From a virus (taxonomy: Duplodnaviria; Caudoviricetes): a stretch of 36,877 nt of DNA. A program made the translations under genes and the position numbers. Below, piece after piece: positions 8,121 to 15,155 of this stretch. Below the pieces are notes generated by a model, which did not search any database, was not told where the DNA came from, and worked only from the letters and a program-made list of their open reading frames with translations. The stretch is from IMG/VR virus record IMGVR_UViG_3300010362_000056, positions 1-36,877 of that record; one strand, 5' to 3'. The stretch's first letter is position 1; the number at the start of each line of letters is the position of its first letter.

Positions 8121-8691
8121 GCGTCTCACGAAGCGACTGACCGACGAGGGCAGGCTCATCGAGGCCGGTTGGGTCGGGCTGCGGCTGGCTGCCATCGCCG
8201 ACAATGCCCCGGCCGCGCAGCTCGAAGAGATGAGGATGGCCTTCATGGGAGGCGCCGCGCATCTGTTCGCCAGCATCACGAGCATCCTCGACCCGGGCGA
8301 GGAGCCAACCGCGGACGATCTCGCGCGCATGAACAACATCCACAACGAGCTGCGGGCATTCGAGGAGGAGTTCAAGCGCAAGCACGGTCTCGGCAAGCGG
8401 GCCGAGCCACCACCGCAGCCAGCACCGACGCTCGGCGACCAGCCGATCGAGCGCGGGCACGTCGACGCAATGAACGTCTGCGCACACATGCTTGACAAGT
8501 TTTTCAACGGCGACGCCCAAGGCGACGCGCGAAAGATGGGCTTCGTGTTGCTGCTGTTCAAATTCGGAGAGCAGGACACGAGCCGTTGTAACTTCATCTC
8601 GAACGGTGCTGACCGGCGAGATGTGGTGACCCTGTTCAAAGAAATGATTGCCCGGTTTGAAGGCCAGCCAGAAATGGAGGGCCGAGCATGA
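8098..8691 (+). CDS. Hypothetical phage protein
   Basis: GC3-rich ORF with GAGG RBS. Confidence 0.7.
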   Translation: MADRAYLERLTKRLTDEGRLIEAGWVGLRLAAIADNAPAAQLEEMRMAFMGGAAHLFASITSILDPGEEPTADDLARMNNIHNELRAFEEEFKRKHGLGKRAEPPPQPAPTLGDQPIERGHVDAMNVCAHMLDKFFNGDAQGDARKMGFVLLLFKFGEQDTSRCNFISNGADRRDVVTLFKEMIARFEGQPEMEGRA

Positions 8692-9211
8692 GTTGAGCCG
8701 CGCTTTGGAAGCAGACCCGTTGGAGTAGAGCGAGCCGTTCCCGAGAAGAGACCCGGGCCGCAAGAGCGAGCCGAGGCCGCCGAGAGACCCGTTGGAGTAG
8801 AGCGAGCCGTTGTTGCGAAGAGACCCGCGAAAGATTAGCGAGCCGTGATTTGCAGCGACCCGAAAAAGGAAAGCGAGCCGGGGATCGGCAGTGACCCGTT
8901 TCCTGCGAGCGAGCCGTGAGAGCGGAGAGACCCGAAAGGCCTCAAGCGAGCCGTTGCCGATGAAGTGCAGATGATCCGAAGTGGCCAAGCGAGCCGAGTG
9001 CCCGGAGAGAACCAGAGCCTGCTAGCGAGCCGTATCTGTAGAGAGACCCGTGACGCTCAAGCGCTGCCGTAACGCGTTAGAAGAACCGCGTGGTCTAAGC
9101 GAGCCGCGATAATCGAGAGACCCGTCGTCGAGGAGCGAAAGCCGTGACTGTCAAGAGCACCGTAACCGTGTAGCGAGCCGAGCGGTAGAAGAGACCCGAG
9201 ATGAGTTAGCG
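8692..9211 (+). ncRNA. TIGR-like dual-repeat guide array 4 (14 units), no adjacent tas gene
   Basis: Same two repeats and 9-nt spacers. Begins right after the TGA ending at 8691 and ends with AGCG immediately before the ATG at 9212. Confidence 0.88.
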
Positions 9212-9487
9212 ATGATGGGACGTTTCCGCGTGCAGTGGATCGACGGCGGGCGTGAGGCGCAGGCGCCGTCCGATCCACGCTACCCAAACGGTATTGACCT
9301 CGACACCGCGGGCAGGATGGCAGCCCGCCGTTGCCGGGTGCGGCTGCCCTATCCCGCCAAGCGCTGCGGCCAATACCTGATCGAGTGCCAGACGTGCGGC
9401 TTGTTCTCGGTTGTCACGGCTGCCGGACGCCGTGATGATCCGCGATCGGTCACGGTTGGCTGCAGGAACGGGGTGGTACGCAAATGA
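9212..9487 (+). CDS. Hypothetical Cys-containing protein
   Basis: ORF with CQTCG and additional Cys. ATGA overlap with the next gene. Confidence 0.6.
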   Translation: MMGRFRVQWIDGGREAQAPSDPRYPNGIDLDTAGRMAARRCRVRLPYPAKRCGQYLIECQTCGLFSVVTAAGRRDDPRSVTVGCRNGVVRK

Positions 9488-9684
9488 GGGACAAGGTGGG
9501 GTTTCGCTTGGTGCCGCACTTCAACGGCGGCCACATGGTCGAGGTTCTCGACGGGAAGGAGCTGATCGCCGGTATCTATGCGGGCGATCGTAGCGTGCGC
9601 GTGATCTCAAAGCATCCAATGGCCGCGGTAGACGAGGAAGGTCGACCGCAGGCGATAACGATCGAGATTGGGAGGAGACAATGA
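9484..9684 (+). CDS. Hypothetical protein
   Basis: ATGA-coupled small ORF. Confidence 0.6.
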   Translation: MRDKVGFRLVPHFNGGHMVEVLDGKELIAGIYAGDRSVRVISKHPMAAVDEEGRPQAITIEIGRRQ

Positions 9685-9881
9685 ATCGAATCGTGAATGA
9701 GCGCGAAGCCGCCGAGGCGAGCATCCTGCTCGCTGAGTGGCATGCGAAGTGCGGGCACGAGGCCGAGCGGAAGAACCGCAAGATGGCGAGCCGCTATCAC
9801 TTCAAGCTGGCGCGGATGCTCAACGAGGATGCGAAGCCGCGCGGCGAGGTCTGCCGGTTTCCAAAGCGGGGAGCACGATGA
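9681..9881 (+). CDS. Hypothetical protein
   Basis: ATGA-coupled, GGAGGAG RBS. Confidence 0.6.
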   Translation: MNRIVNEREAAEASILLAEWHAKCGHEAERKNRKMASRYHFKLARMLNEDAKPRGEVCRFPKRGAR

Positions 9882-10069
9882 TGATGACTGAATACGAACA
9901 CTGGGAAAGGCGCGCGCGTGCTGGTGACGGTCAATTCGCGATCGCGTGCGGCTTGTTTCTGCTAGCGCGCGCAGTCGAAGGATTGGGCGTAGGCAACACC
10001 TCGACCAACGGCGCGATCGCACGGCTTTGCAATTCCCTGGATGACATCGCGCATGCGTGCCGAAAATGA
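9878..10069 (+). CDS. Hypothetical protein
   Basis: ATGA-coupled, GGGGAG RBS. Confidence 0.5.
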   Translation: MMMTEYEHWERRARAGDGQFAIACGLFLLARAVEGLGVGNTSTNGAIARLCNSLDDIAHACRK

Positions 10070-10557
10070 GTGAGAAAGAGTTGCGTGCGTTGATCGACTT
10101 GTCGTCGAAGGCGATTGGCGACCTGTTCTACAAGGATGGTCACATCATTCCGATGTGGCACGCCATTGACGACAAGGGCCGTGAGCACCTGTTGCCGTCG
10201 ACATTGCAGGACAAGGACACCACGGTCGCTTTTGTCCGCGCGCTGTTCGAGATCATGCACGTCAAGCGCTACGTGTTCATCGACGAGGCGTGGATGCTCA
10301 GCACGCAGATGCCGCAGGAGGCCGAGGTCAAGGAAATCCACAAGCGCGGCATTGCCAACCATCCGGAGCGGATCGAGATCGTCCTGTTTTCCGGCGAGGA
10401 TTCCGAGTGGGGCCAGCTCATGGCACACCGCAGGATCGAGCGCCCGCCGGGCAAGCGCGCCTATCTCGGTCCGCTGCAATTCCCCGACGGCGGCAAGCTC
10501 ATGAGGGCGGAAGGCCGTATGGTCGGCCTGCTGCCTGCACAAGGGGCGAAGCAATGA
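10066..10557 (+). CDS. Hypothetical phage protein
   Basis: ATGA-coupled ORF starting MSEKELRAL, with strong codon bias. Confidence 0.7.
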   Translation: MSEKELRALIDLSSKAIGDLFYKDGHIIPMWHAIDDKGREHLLPSTLQDKDTTVAFVRALFEIMHVKRYVFIDEAWMLSTQMPQEAEVKEIHKRGIANHPERIEIVLFSGEDSEWGQLMAHRRIERPPGKRAYLGPLQFPDGGKLMRAEGRMVGLLPAQGAKQ

Positions 10558-10784
10558 CGCGCCTGCAGACCAACATGGGCGAGAAGCCCGACGACCGCGA
10601 TGACGATGCCGATGCCTATACGATCCCGGAGTTCTGCCGTCGGCATCGCATCTCGGAATCGTTTTACTACAAGCTCAAGGCCCGCGATCTCGGCCCGCGG
10701 ACCATGGCGGTCGGCACCAAGGTGCTCATCAGCAAAGAAGCCGCCGCTGAGTGGCGGCGGCATCGAGAGCAGAGCGGGAAGTAG
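10554..10784 (+). CDS. xis: Excisionase / AlpA-like wHTH recombination directionality factor
   Basis: YTIPEFCRRHRISESFYYKLKARDLGPRTMAVGTKVLISKEAAAEW, located next to the integrase. Confidence 0.7.
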   Translation: MTRLQTNMGEKPDDRDDDADAYTIPEFCRRHRISESFYYKLKARDLGPRTMAVGTKVLISKEAAAEWRRHREQSGK

Positions 10785-10786
10785 GG

Positions 10787-10963
10787 CTATGAACCCCACC
10801 TCTGCCAAGGGACCAGCGCGAGTGGCCACAGGAAGAGTACGAGCAGTGCGCCGCTCCACTTGCCACCCGGGAGATCGCGATACGACAGCGCGGCGAGCAC
10901 GGCCCCGACGAGGAGCCATGCGACCCCCGCCCAGGTTACGATGGTGATGATGGTGTCGAGCAT
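10787..10963 (-). CDS. Small two-TM membrane protein
   Basis: MLDTIITIVTWAGVAWLLVGAVLAAL...GALLVLFLWPLALVPW. Starts 2 nt after the integrase stop. Confidence 0.55.
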   Translation of the reverse strand: MLDTIITIVTWAGVAWLLVGAVLAALSYRDLPGGKWSGALLVLFLWPLALVPWQRWGS

Positions 10964-10964
10964 G

Positions 10965-12212
10965 TCACGCCGCGAATGGCACGATGTTGTTCGGGTTGGT
11001 ATCGAGCAGCCCGAGCCGCGCGACCCGATCGCCCTGCTTGGCAGCCGCCTCCGCGATCCAGCGCGCATAGTGGGTCTCGATTTCCTTGACGCTGGTGTCG
11101 TGGTTCTTCGCGACCAGCAGAACGGGCGTGCCTGCCAAGATCGCGCGCACGATCGAGGAGTGGCGCAACGCGTAGAGCGTGATGGTCGCGGGATCGAGCC
11201 CGGCCGCCTCGACGACGGTGCGGAAGGCCCGCCGGTGCGCATCGTTCTTGCGGCTATGGCCCCAGGCCTCGCCCTTGCCGTTGAGCAGCAGGGGCGCGTC
11301 GGCGATCCGGCCTCGTGCGCCAGCCTTGAGCGCTGCTGCGAGCGCGGGCGAGATCGGCACCGGGACGCGCTCGGTGTTCTTCTCGCCGCGGTTCTTGTGC
11401 CCGCCCTTGTCAGAGCGCGGCATCATCAATTGTGCCGATCCATCCAACAAGTCCTCGACGACCAGCCGCGCAAACTGCGATTGCCGTGCGCCGGTCTGCG
11501 CGGCCGTCTCGACCATGAGCCCGAAGGCGCGATCATGCTCATAGGCGAGATATACGATCCGGCGCACGGTCGCGTCGTCGAGCACCATCTTGCGGGCGCG
11601 GTTGGCGCCGGGGATCGGCTTCAATCCGATCTCCCACGGCTGCCGACTGCTGATGCCATTCGACTCGTCATCGGCTGCCAGCGTGAGTGCTGCACGCATG
11701 CAGCTCATTGTGCGGTTGGCGCTCGCCGGTGCCATCTTGGCGACGAGCGTGGCGCGCCACTGCTTCCAGTCCTTGACCGCGGTGAGGCGGACCGCCTTGG
11801 TGAGCAGCGCGGCCGGGAGGTAGCTCCCGGCGCGATCGGCGTTGTAGGGGTCGCCGTTGCGCGTGATCAGGTCGTCCTTGTAGGCGTCGAGCGCGTCACC
11901 GACCGTGATCGGCCGGGTCTCGACCGTCTCGCCCGAGCCGGTGCGCACGAGAGCGCGCGCGGTGTCGATCGCCTGCCAGTACGTGAGCACGGTCTTGCCG
12001 TCGGCCTGCTCAAGGTCATCGGCGATCGCGATGCGTTTGATCCACTGCGCGCCTTGCGCGGTCGAGCGCACGCTCCACGTGCCTGCACCATCGTTGCGCC
12101 GATAGCCGAGCGCGATGCCCGGGCTAATCACTTTCCAGTACGGCCGCTTCGCTACCGGCAATTTCAATCGCGCGGTCGCAGTCTCCAATTTGAAGTCTCT
12201 CACTTTCGGCAT
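10965..12212 (-). CDS. int: Tyrosine recombinase / phage integrase
   Basis: N-terminal arm-binding-like region (LGYRR...GTWSVR). Catalytic R in TGARQS, YALRH, NHDT, and Y in ETHYA. Confidence 0.92.
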   Translation of the reverse strand: MPKVRDFKLETATARLKLPVAKRPYWKVISPGIALGYRRNDGAGTWSVRSTAQGAQWIKRIAIADDLEQADGKTVLTYWQAIDTARALVRTGSGETVETRPITVGDALDAYKDDLITRNGDPYNADRAGSYLPAALLTKAVRLTAVKDWKQWRATLVAKMAPASANRTMSCMRAALTLAADDESNGISSRQPWEIGLKPIPGANRARKMVLDDATVRRIVYLAYEHDRAFGLMVETAAQTGARQSQFARLVVEDLLDGSAQLMMPRSDKGGHKNRGEKNTERVPVPISPALAAALKAGARGRIADAPLLLNGKGEAWGHSRKNDAHRRAFRTVVEAAGLDPATITLYALRHSSIVRAILAGTPVLLVAKNHDTSVKEIETHYARWIAEAAAKQGDRVARLGLLDTNPNNIVPFAA

Positions 12213-12242
12213 AGTCCAGTCGGTCCCTTCAGTATCAAGCGA

Positions 12243-12489
12243 GTGTCAAAACCCGCGGTGTGGAGCGGTGTGCTCCTCTAAGGAGTGATATGAAGAGAAA
12301 TGCCCATAAACTCAAGGCTTTTCATTGCGCGCGGACTTCGACTTTGGATCATGTTGCGCGATCAAAACATCAAAAGTTGCCCTATCGCGGCGCCTGACCG
12401 CGGGCGGCCAGAGGCGGAAAATGATGATAGAACAGTACCTTAGTCGAAAGCGGCCGGGGCCGGTGTCAACAGGGTGTCAAAAACCGCGG
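12243..12489. repeat. Direct repeats, candidate integrase arm sites (attP region)
   Basis: GTGTCAAAACCCGCGG (12243-12258), GTGTCAAC (12463-12470) and GTGTCAAAAACCGCGG (12474-12489) flank a relatively AT-rich non-coding stretch upstream of int. Confidence 0.5.
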
Positions 12490-12540
12490 CGGGAACCCTT
12501 GCATGGCCGATATGCAAGGGGCATGATCCTGGGGCGGCAG

Positions 12541-12609
12541 GGCCGAGGCCTCCAAGTGCTCCGATCGTAGGCAGCCCTGCCGCCATTGGTAAGAGACCCG
12601 AAAGCAGAC
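12541..12609 (+). repeat. Two degenerate TIGR-like units
   Basis: GGCCG-AGGCCTCCA-AGTGCTCCG-ATCGTAGGC-AGCCCTGCCG-CCATTGGTA-AGAGACCCG-AAAGCAGAC. The 9-nt spacing is kept. Confidence 0.55.
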
Positions 12610-12689
12610 CCAAGGGCGGGCGGGCCGGTTGTCCATTTCCGGTTCCGTCCGCCTGATCTTTGCGCCGGGCTTGAACGTGACACCTGCCC

Positions 12690-12766
12690 GGTGAGCCGAC
12701 AGAGACCAGTAGACCCGTGCCTCGCCAGCGAGCCGAAGATAATAAGAGACCCGTGACGAGCCAGCG
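12690..12766 (+). ncRNA. TIGR-like mini-array (2 units)
   Basis: GAGCCG-ACAGAGACC-AGTAGACCCG-TGCCTCGCC-AGCGAGCCG-AAGATAATA-AGAGACCCG-TGACGAGCC-AGCG. Confidence 0.75.
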
Positions 12767-12776
12767 AGATCGCCTG

Positions 12777-12935
12777 ATGTTTGAAGTGCCTGCCGTGAGC
12801 CGATTGCGCGCCGTGTTGATCGGCGTGCTCTCGGCCACGGCGCTCATCACACTCGCGGTGATATACGCAGCCGCGTTCGGACCATTCACGCCGGTGTCGA
12901 GCGGGTGCTGCCTTGTCACTACCCAAGCTCCTTGA
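12777..12935 (+). CDS. Possible small membrane protein
   Basis: Single hydrophobic helix AVLIGVLSATALITLAVIYAAAF. No clear RBS. Confidence 0.35.
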   Translation: MFEVPAVSRLRAVLIGVLSATALITLAVIYAAAFGPFTPVSSGCCLVTTQAP

Positions 12936-13065
12936 GTGGCTTCTGTCTGCCGCACTTATTGCGATCCTAATCGTGGTGACGATCGGGGTCACTCAAGTCT
13001 ACTTAGAGGGTAGCGGGTTCAAGACTTGGCTAGCGGATAACGATCATTGCCCCTCGTGGGTCTGC

Positions 13066-13101
13066 AGCGAGCCGATTGGAAACAAGTGAACCGCAAGACC
13101 T
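13066..13101 (+). repeat. Solo degenerate TIGR-like unit
   Basis: AGCGAGCCG-ATTGGAAAC-AAGTGAACCG-CAAGACCT, followed by the ATG at 13102. Confidence 0.45.
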
Positions 13102-13839
13102 ATGCCGACAGAGCTTAATGCCCTTGATCGTTCGGTGGATGACTGGACCGTTGCGAGCTTGCGCGATGCGTTCTTTGCCCATGGCTGCGCGATCGTGCGC
13201 GGCGCCGTTGACGTCGAATATCTGGCTCGGCTGGCGGTGTCCGTTGATCGGGCGTATCAGCGGACATCCGAGGCGCACGTCAATGAAGGGGAGATTGTCG
13301 CAGCGGGCTTCGGCGTCTCGGGATTTGAAATTGGCGACCAGCCGTTGCTGCGCGGGCTCTTGGATGCAGTGTTTCGTGGCCGCGAGAACTATCAGCCCGC
13401 CTATGTGGCAGCGCGGCGCGTGCATGGTCAGAAGAAGGACGAGAGCTTTCAGCCGCCGTTGGACCTGCATGTCGACGCGCAATATCACGGCCCGCGTTTC
13501 GTCGTGAATTTCTGGCTCCCGTTGCAGGCATGCGGCGTCGACCGGCCGACGATTCTGCTGGTGCCAGTCGATCGGCATCGCACGCGAGCGCATGTCGGGT
13601 TTACGGGCGAGCGGCTGCGGCAGGGCGGCGACTGGTATCTCGATTGGTTCGATTTGGACACGATGACGGTTGATCGCGTGCGCGATGCGTTCGGTGATGA
13701 TTGCTTTCTGCATCCGGTGATGGCGCGCGGCGATGTCGTGATCGCCTCAAGTTGGATCATTCACGGATCGTGGTGGACCAAAGCAATGACCCGGGGCAGG
13801 AAGAGTGTCGAGGTGCGCTACATCGGCGACGTGACGTGA
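13102..13839 (+). CDS. PhyH-like Fe(II)/2-oxoglutarate dioxygenase
   Basis: HxD (LHVDA), VNFWLPL, GDVVI...IIHGS, and distal R (RKSVEVRY). Confidence 0.8.
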   Translation: MPTELNALDRSVDDWTVASLRDAFFAHGCAIVRGAVDVEYLARLAVSVDRAYQRTSEAHVNEGEIVAAGFGVSGFEIGDQPLLRGLLDAVFRGRENYQPAYVAARRVHGQKKDESFQPPLDLHVDAQYHGPRFVVNFWLPLQACGVDRPTILLVPVDRHRTRAHVGFTGERLRQGGDWYLDWFDLDTMTVDRVRDAFGDDCFLHPVMARGDVVIASSWIIHGSWWTKAMTRGRKSVEVRYIGDVT

Positions 13840-14023
13840 GTCGTCAAAAAGCATCTTTGAAAAATATTTTTTGTGCGTTTGCTTAGGCAAACGTGCGCCA
13901 AAGCACCGCTAACCCATTGATCGTCGCAACATCACCAGCAGTGTAAGCCGCTTTGTGCGATAATAGTCCTGTCGGTGGCGGTGGTCGCCACCGGCAGGCT
14001 GTTTGACAAAGTGGAGAAGTAGA

Positions 14024-14275
14024 ATGCCTGCGAATGATACTCGCGTTCGCGCGAGCGAAGCAATCCCCATGCCTGCGCGGAAGCGATTGCTCAACACCGG
14101 TCAGCCCATCAAGGCCAGCGAGCTGGTCCAGCGCCGACACGTTGAGGCGCAGAAGGCGATGGAGCGGGCGATTGCGCGGCGCGAGGATTTGCTCCTCAAG
14201 GTCGCACGATTGCAGACGAAAATCTGGACGCTCGGTCGGCAGGTGCAGCGCTACGCGAAGAAGATCGGCGAGTAA
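14024..14275 (+). CDS. Basic coiled-coil hypothetical protein
   Basis: GGAG RBS upstream. Ends at a terminator hairpin. Confidence 0.5.
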   Translation: MPANDTRVRASEAIPMPARKRLLNTGQPIKASELVQRRHVEAQKAMERAIARREDLLLKVARLQTKIWTLGRQVQRYAKKIGE

Positions 14276-14304
14276 AAAAAGGCCCGGACGCGAGTCCGGG
14301 CCTT
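14274..14304 (-). terminator. Rho-independent terminator, likely ending the leftward structural operon (possibly bidirectional)
   Basis: Perfect stem GGCCCGGAC-GCGA-GTCCGGGCC preceded by A7 (a U-tract on the - strand), between convergent genes. Confidence 0.8.
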
Positions 14305-14425
14305 AGTCGTTCCTGGGGGAGGTTAAAGGAAAATGACCCGGCGGAGGGTGAGAGCCGCCGGGCCGAGGGAAGGTAGGTTCACTATGCACCGCTGGTTGCC
14401 CCGAGGGGATCGGGACAGAGCTTAT

Positions 14426-14854
14426 CTAAGGCTCTTCCGGCACGATCGCAACGGGCGCGCTCGGATCGGCTTGGTTCGGGTCTTGCAAGTGACGCAGATG
14501 TGTCCACGGCTCATCGGGCGCGATGCCATGCTCCGCGCGATAGGCGAAGAACACCGCGTTGCTGTGCAGGTCGTGATACTGGCAGTCGTAACTCTCCCGG
14601 CCGCAGATGAGACAGATGCGCGGGTTCGAGCTGTTCGCCCGATTGCGATCGGAGATACGCGCACGCGCTTCGAGTTCGTCGACGCTCATGTCCTTCTGCT
14701 CAGGCCAAGACGGATTTTGAAACGGCCAATAGAAGCGGTCGGGATCGAAGTTGGGATAGAGCTTCGTTTCCCCGAGCGCGGCGACCTTGGGATAATCACC
14801 GGGCACCAACTCGGGATCGGGCACTACCGGTTCGATATCGGTCTTCTCGTCCAT
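14426..14854 (-). CDS. Hypothetical protein (tail-distal)
   Basis: ORF in the structural operon with a CLICG...C motif. Confidence 0.6.
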   Translation of the reverse strand: MDEKTDIEPVVPDPELVPGDYPKVAALGETKLYPNFDPDRFYWPFQNPSWPEQKDMSVDELEARARISDRNRANSSNPRICLICGRESYDCQYHDLHSNAVFFAYRAEHGIAPDEPWTHLRHLQDPNQADPSAPVAIVPEEP

Positions 14855-14857
14855 GAA

Positions 14858-15148
14858 TCACACTCCCGAAGCGGCGGGCGGCTCGACCGTGTACTCGTCC
14901 GCATTGAGCGCGTGCGTCTCGCCACTGCCACTCGCGGGCGCCGAGCTGCTGCCACTTTGCTGCGCGGCCTCGGGCGCGGCGAGCCAGCGGATCGCGCCGG
15001 GCGGCGTCGCAATGCCCTGCGACGTCTGGAAGTCCGCCCACTCGGTGTCGGTGTGGGAGCAGGGCGGAAGGTTTGCCGGATCGCTCCATATCTGACCGCA
15101 GTACGCGCATTTGAACGGCGGGCCGTCGAGCACAGATGTACCGGTCAT
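14858..15148 (-). CDS. Hypothetical protein (tail-distal)
   Basis: GAGG RBS and CAYCG...CSH motif. Confidence 0.6.
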   Translation of the reverse strand: MTGTSVLDGPPFKCAYCGQIWSDPANLPPCSHTDTEWADFQTSQGIATPPGAIRWLAAPEAAQQSGSSSAPASGSGETHALNADEYTVEPPAASGV

Positions 15149-15155
15149 GATGTCC

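Noticed and set aside
5101-9211. CRISPR array interpretation of the repeats
   Set aside because: The repeats are only 9-10 nt and of two alternating types, the spacers are ~9 nt, and there are no cas genes. This does not fit CRISPR geometry.
10860-12281. Long + strand ORFs antisense to int and the structural genes (e.g. 10860-12281, 15300-16472, 33317-34705, 34872-36299)
   Set aside because: Shadow ORFs caused by high GC3 on the coding strand, with no recognisable motifs.
12325-12360. tRNA-like fragment as att core (GCGGACTTCGACTTTGGATC)
   Set aside because: No cloverleaf or convincing T-arm/acceptor stem can be built, so the core cannot be assigned without a host sequence.
2575-12998. CACTCAAG motif at about 2576, 12931 (reverse) and 12990
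   Set aside because: Short, few copies and no consistent spacing, so it cannot be distinguished from chance.
12913-13089. Possible 58-aa membrane ORF (TTG start, LLEWLLSAALIAILIVVTIGV)
   Set aside because: Weak start, no RBS, and overlap with another doubtful ORF and a repeat unit. Insufficient support.
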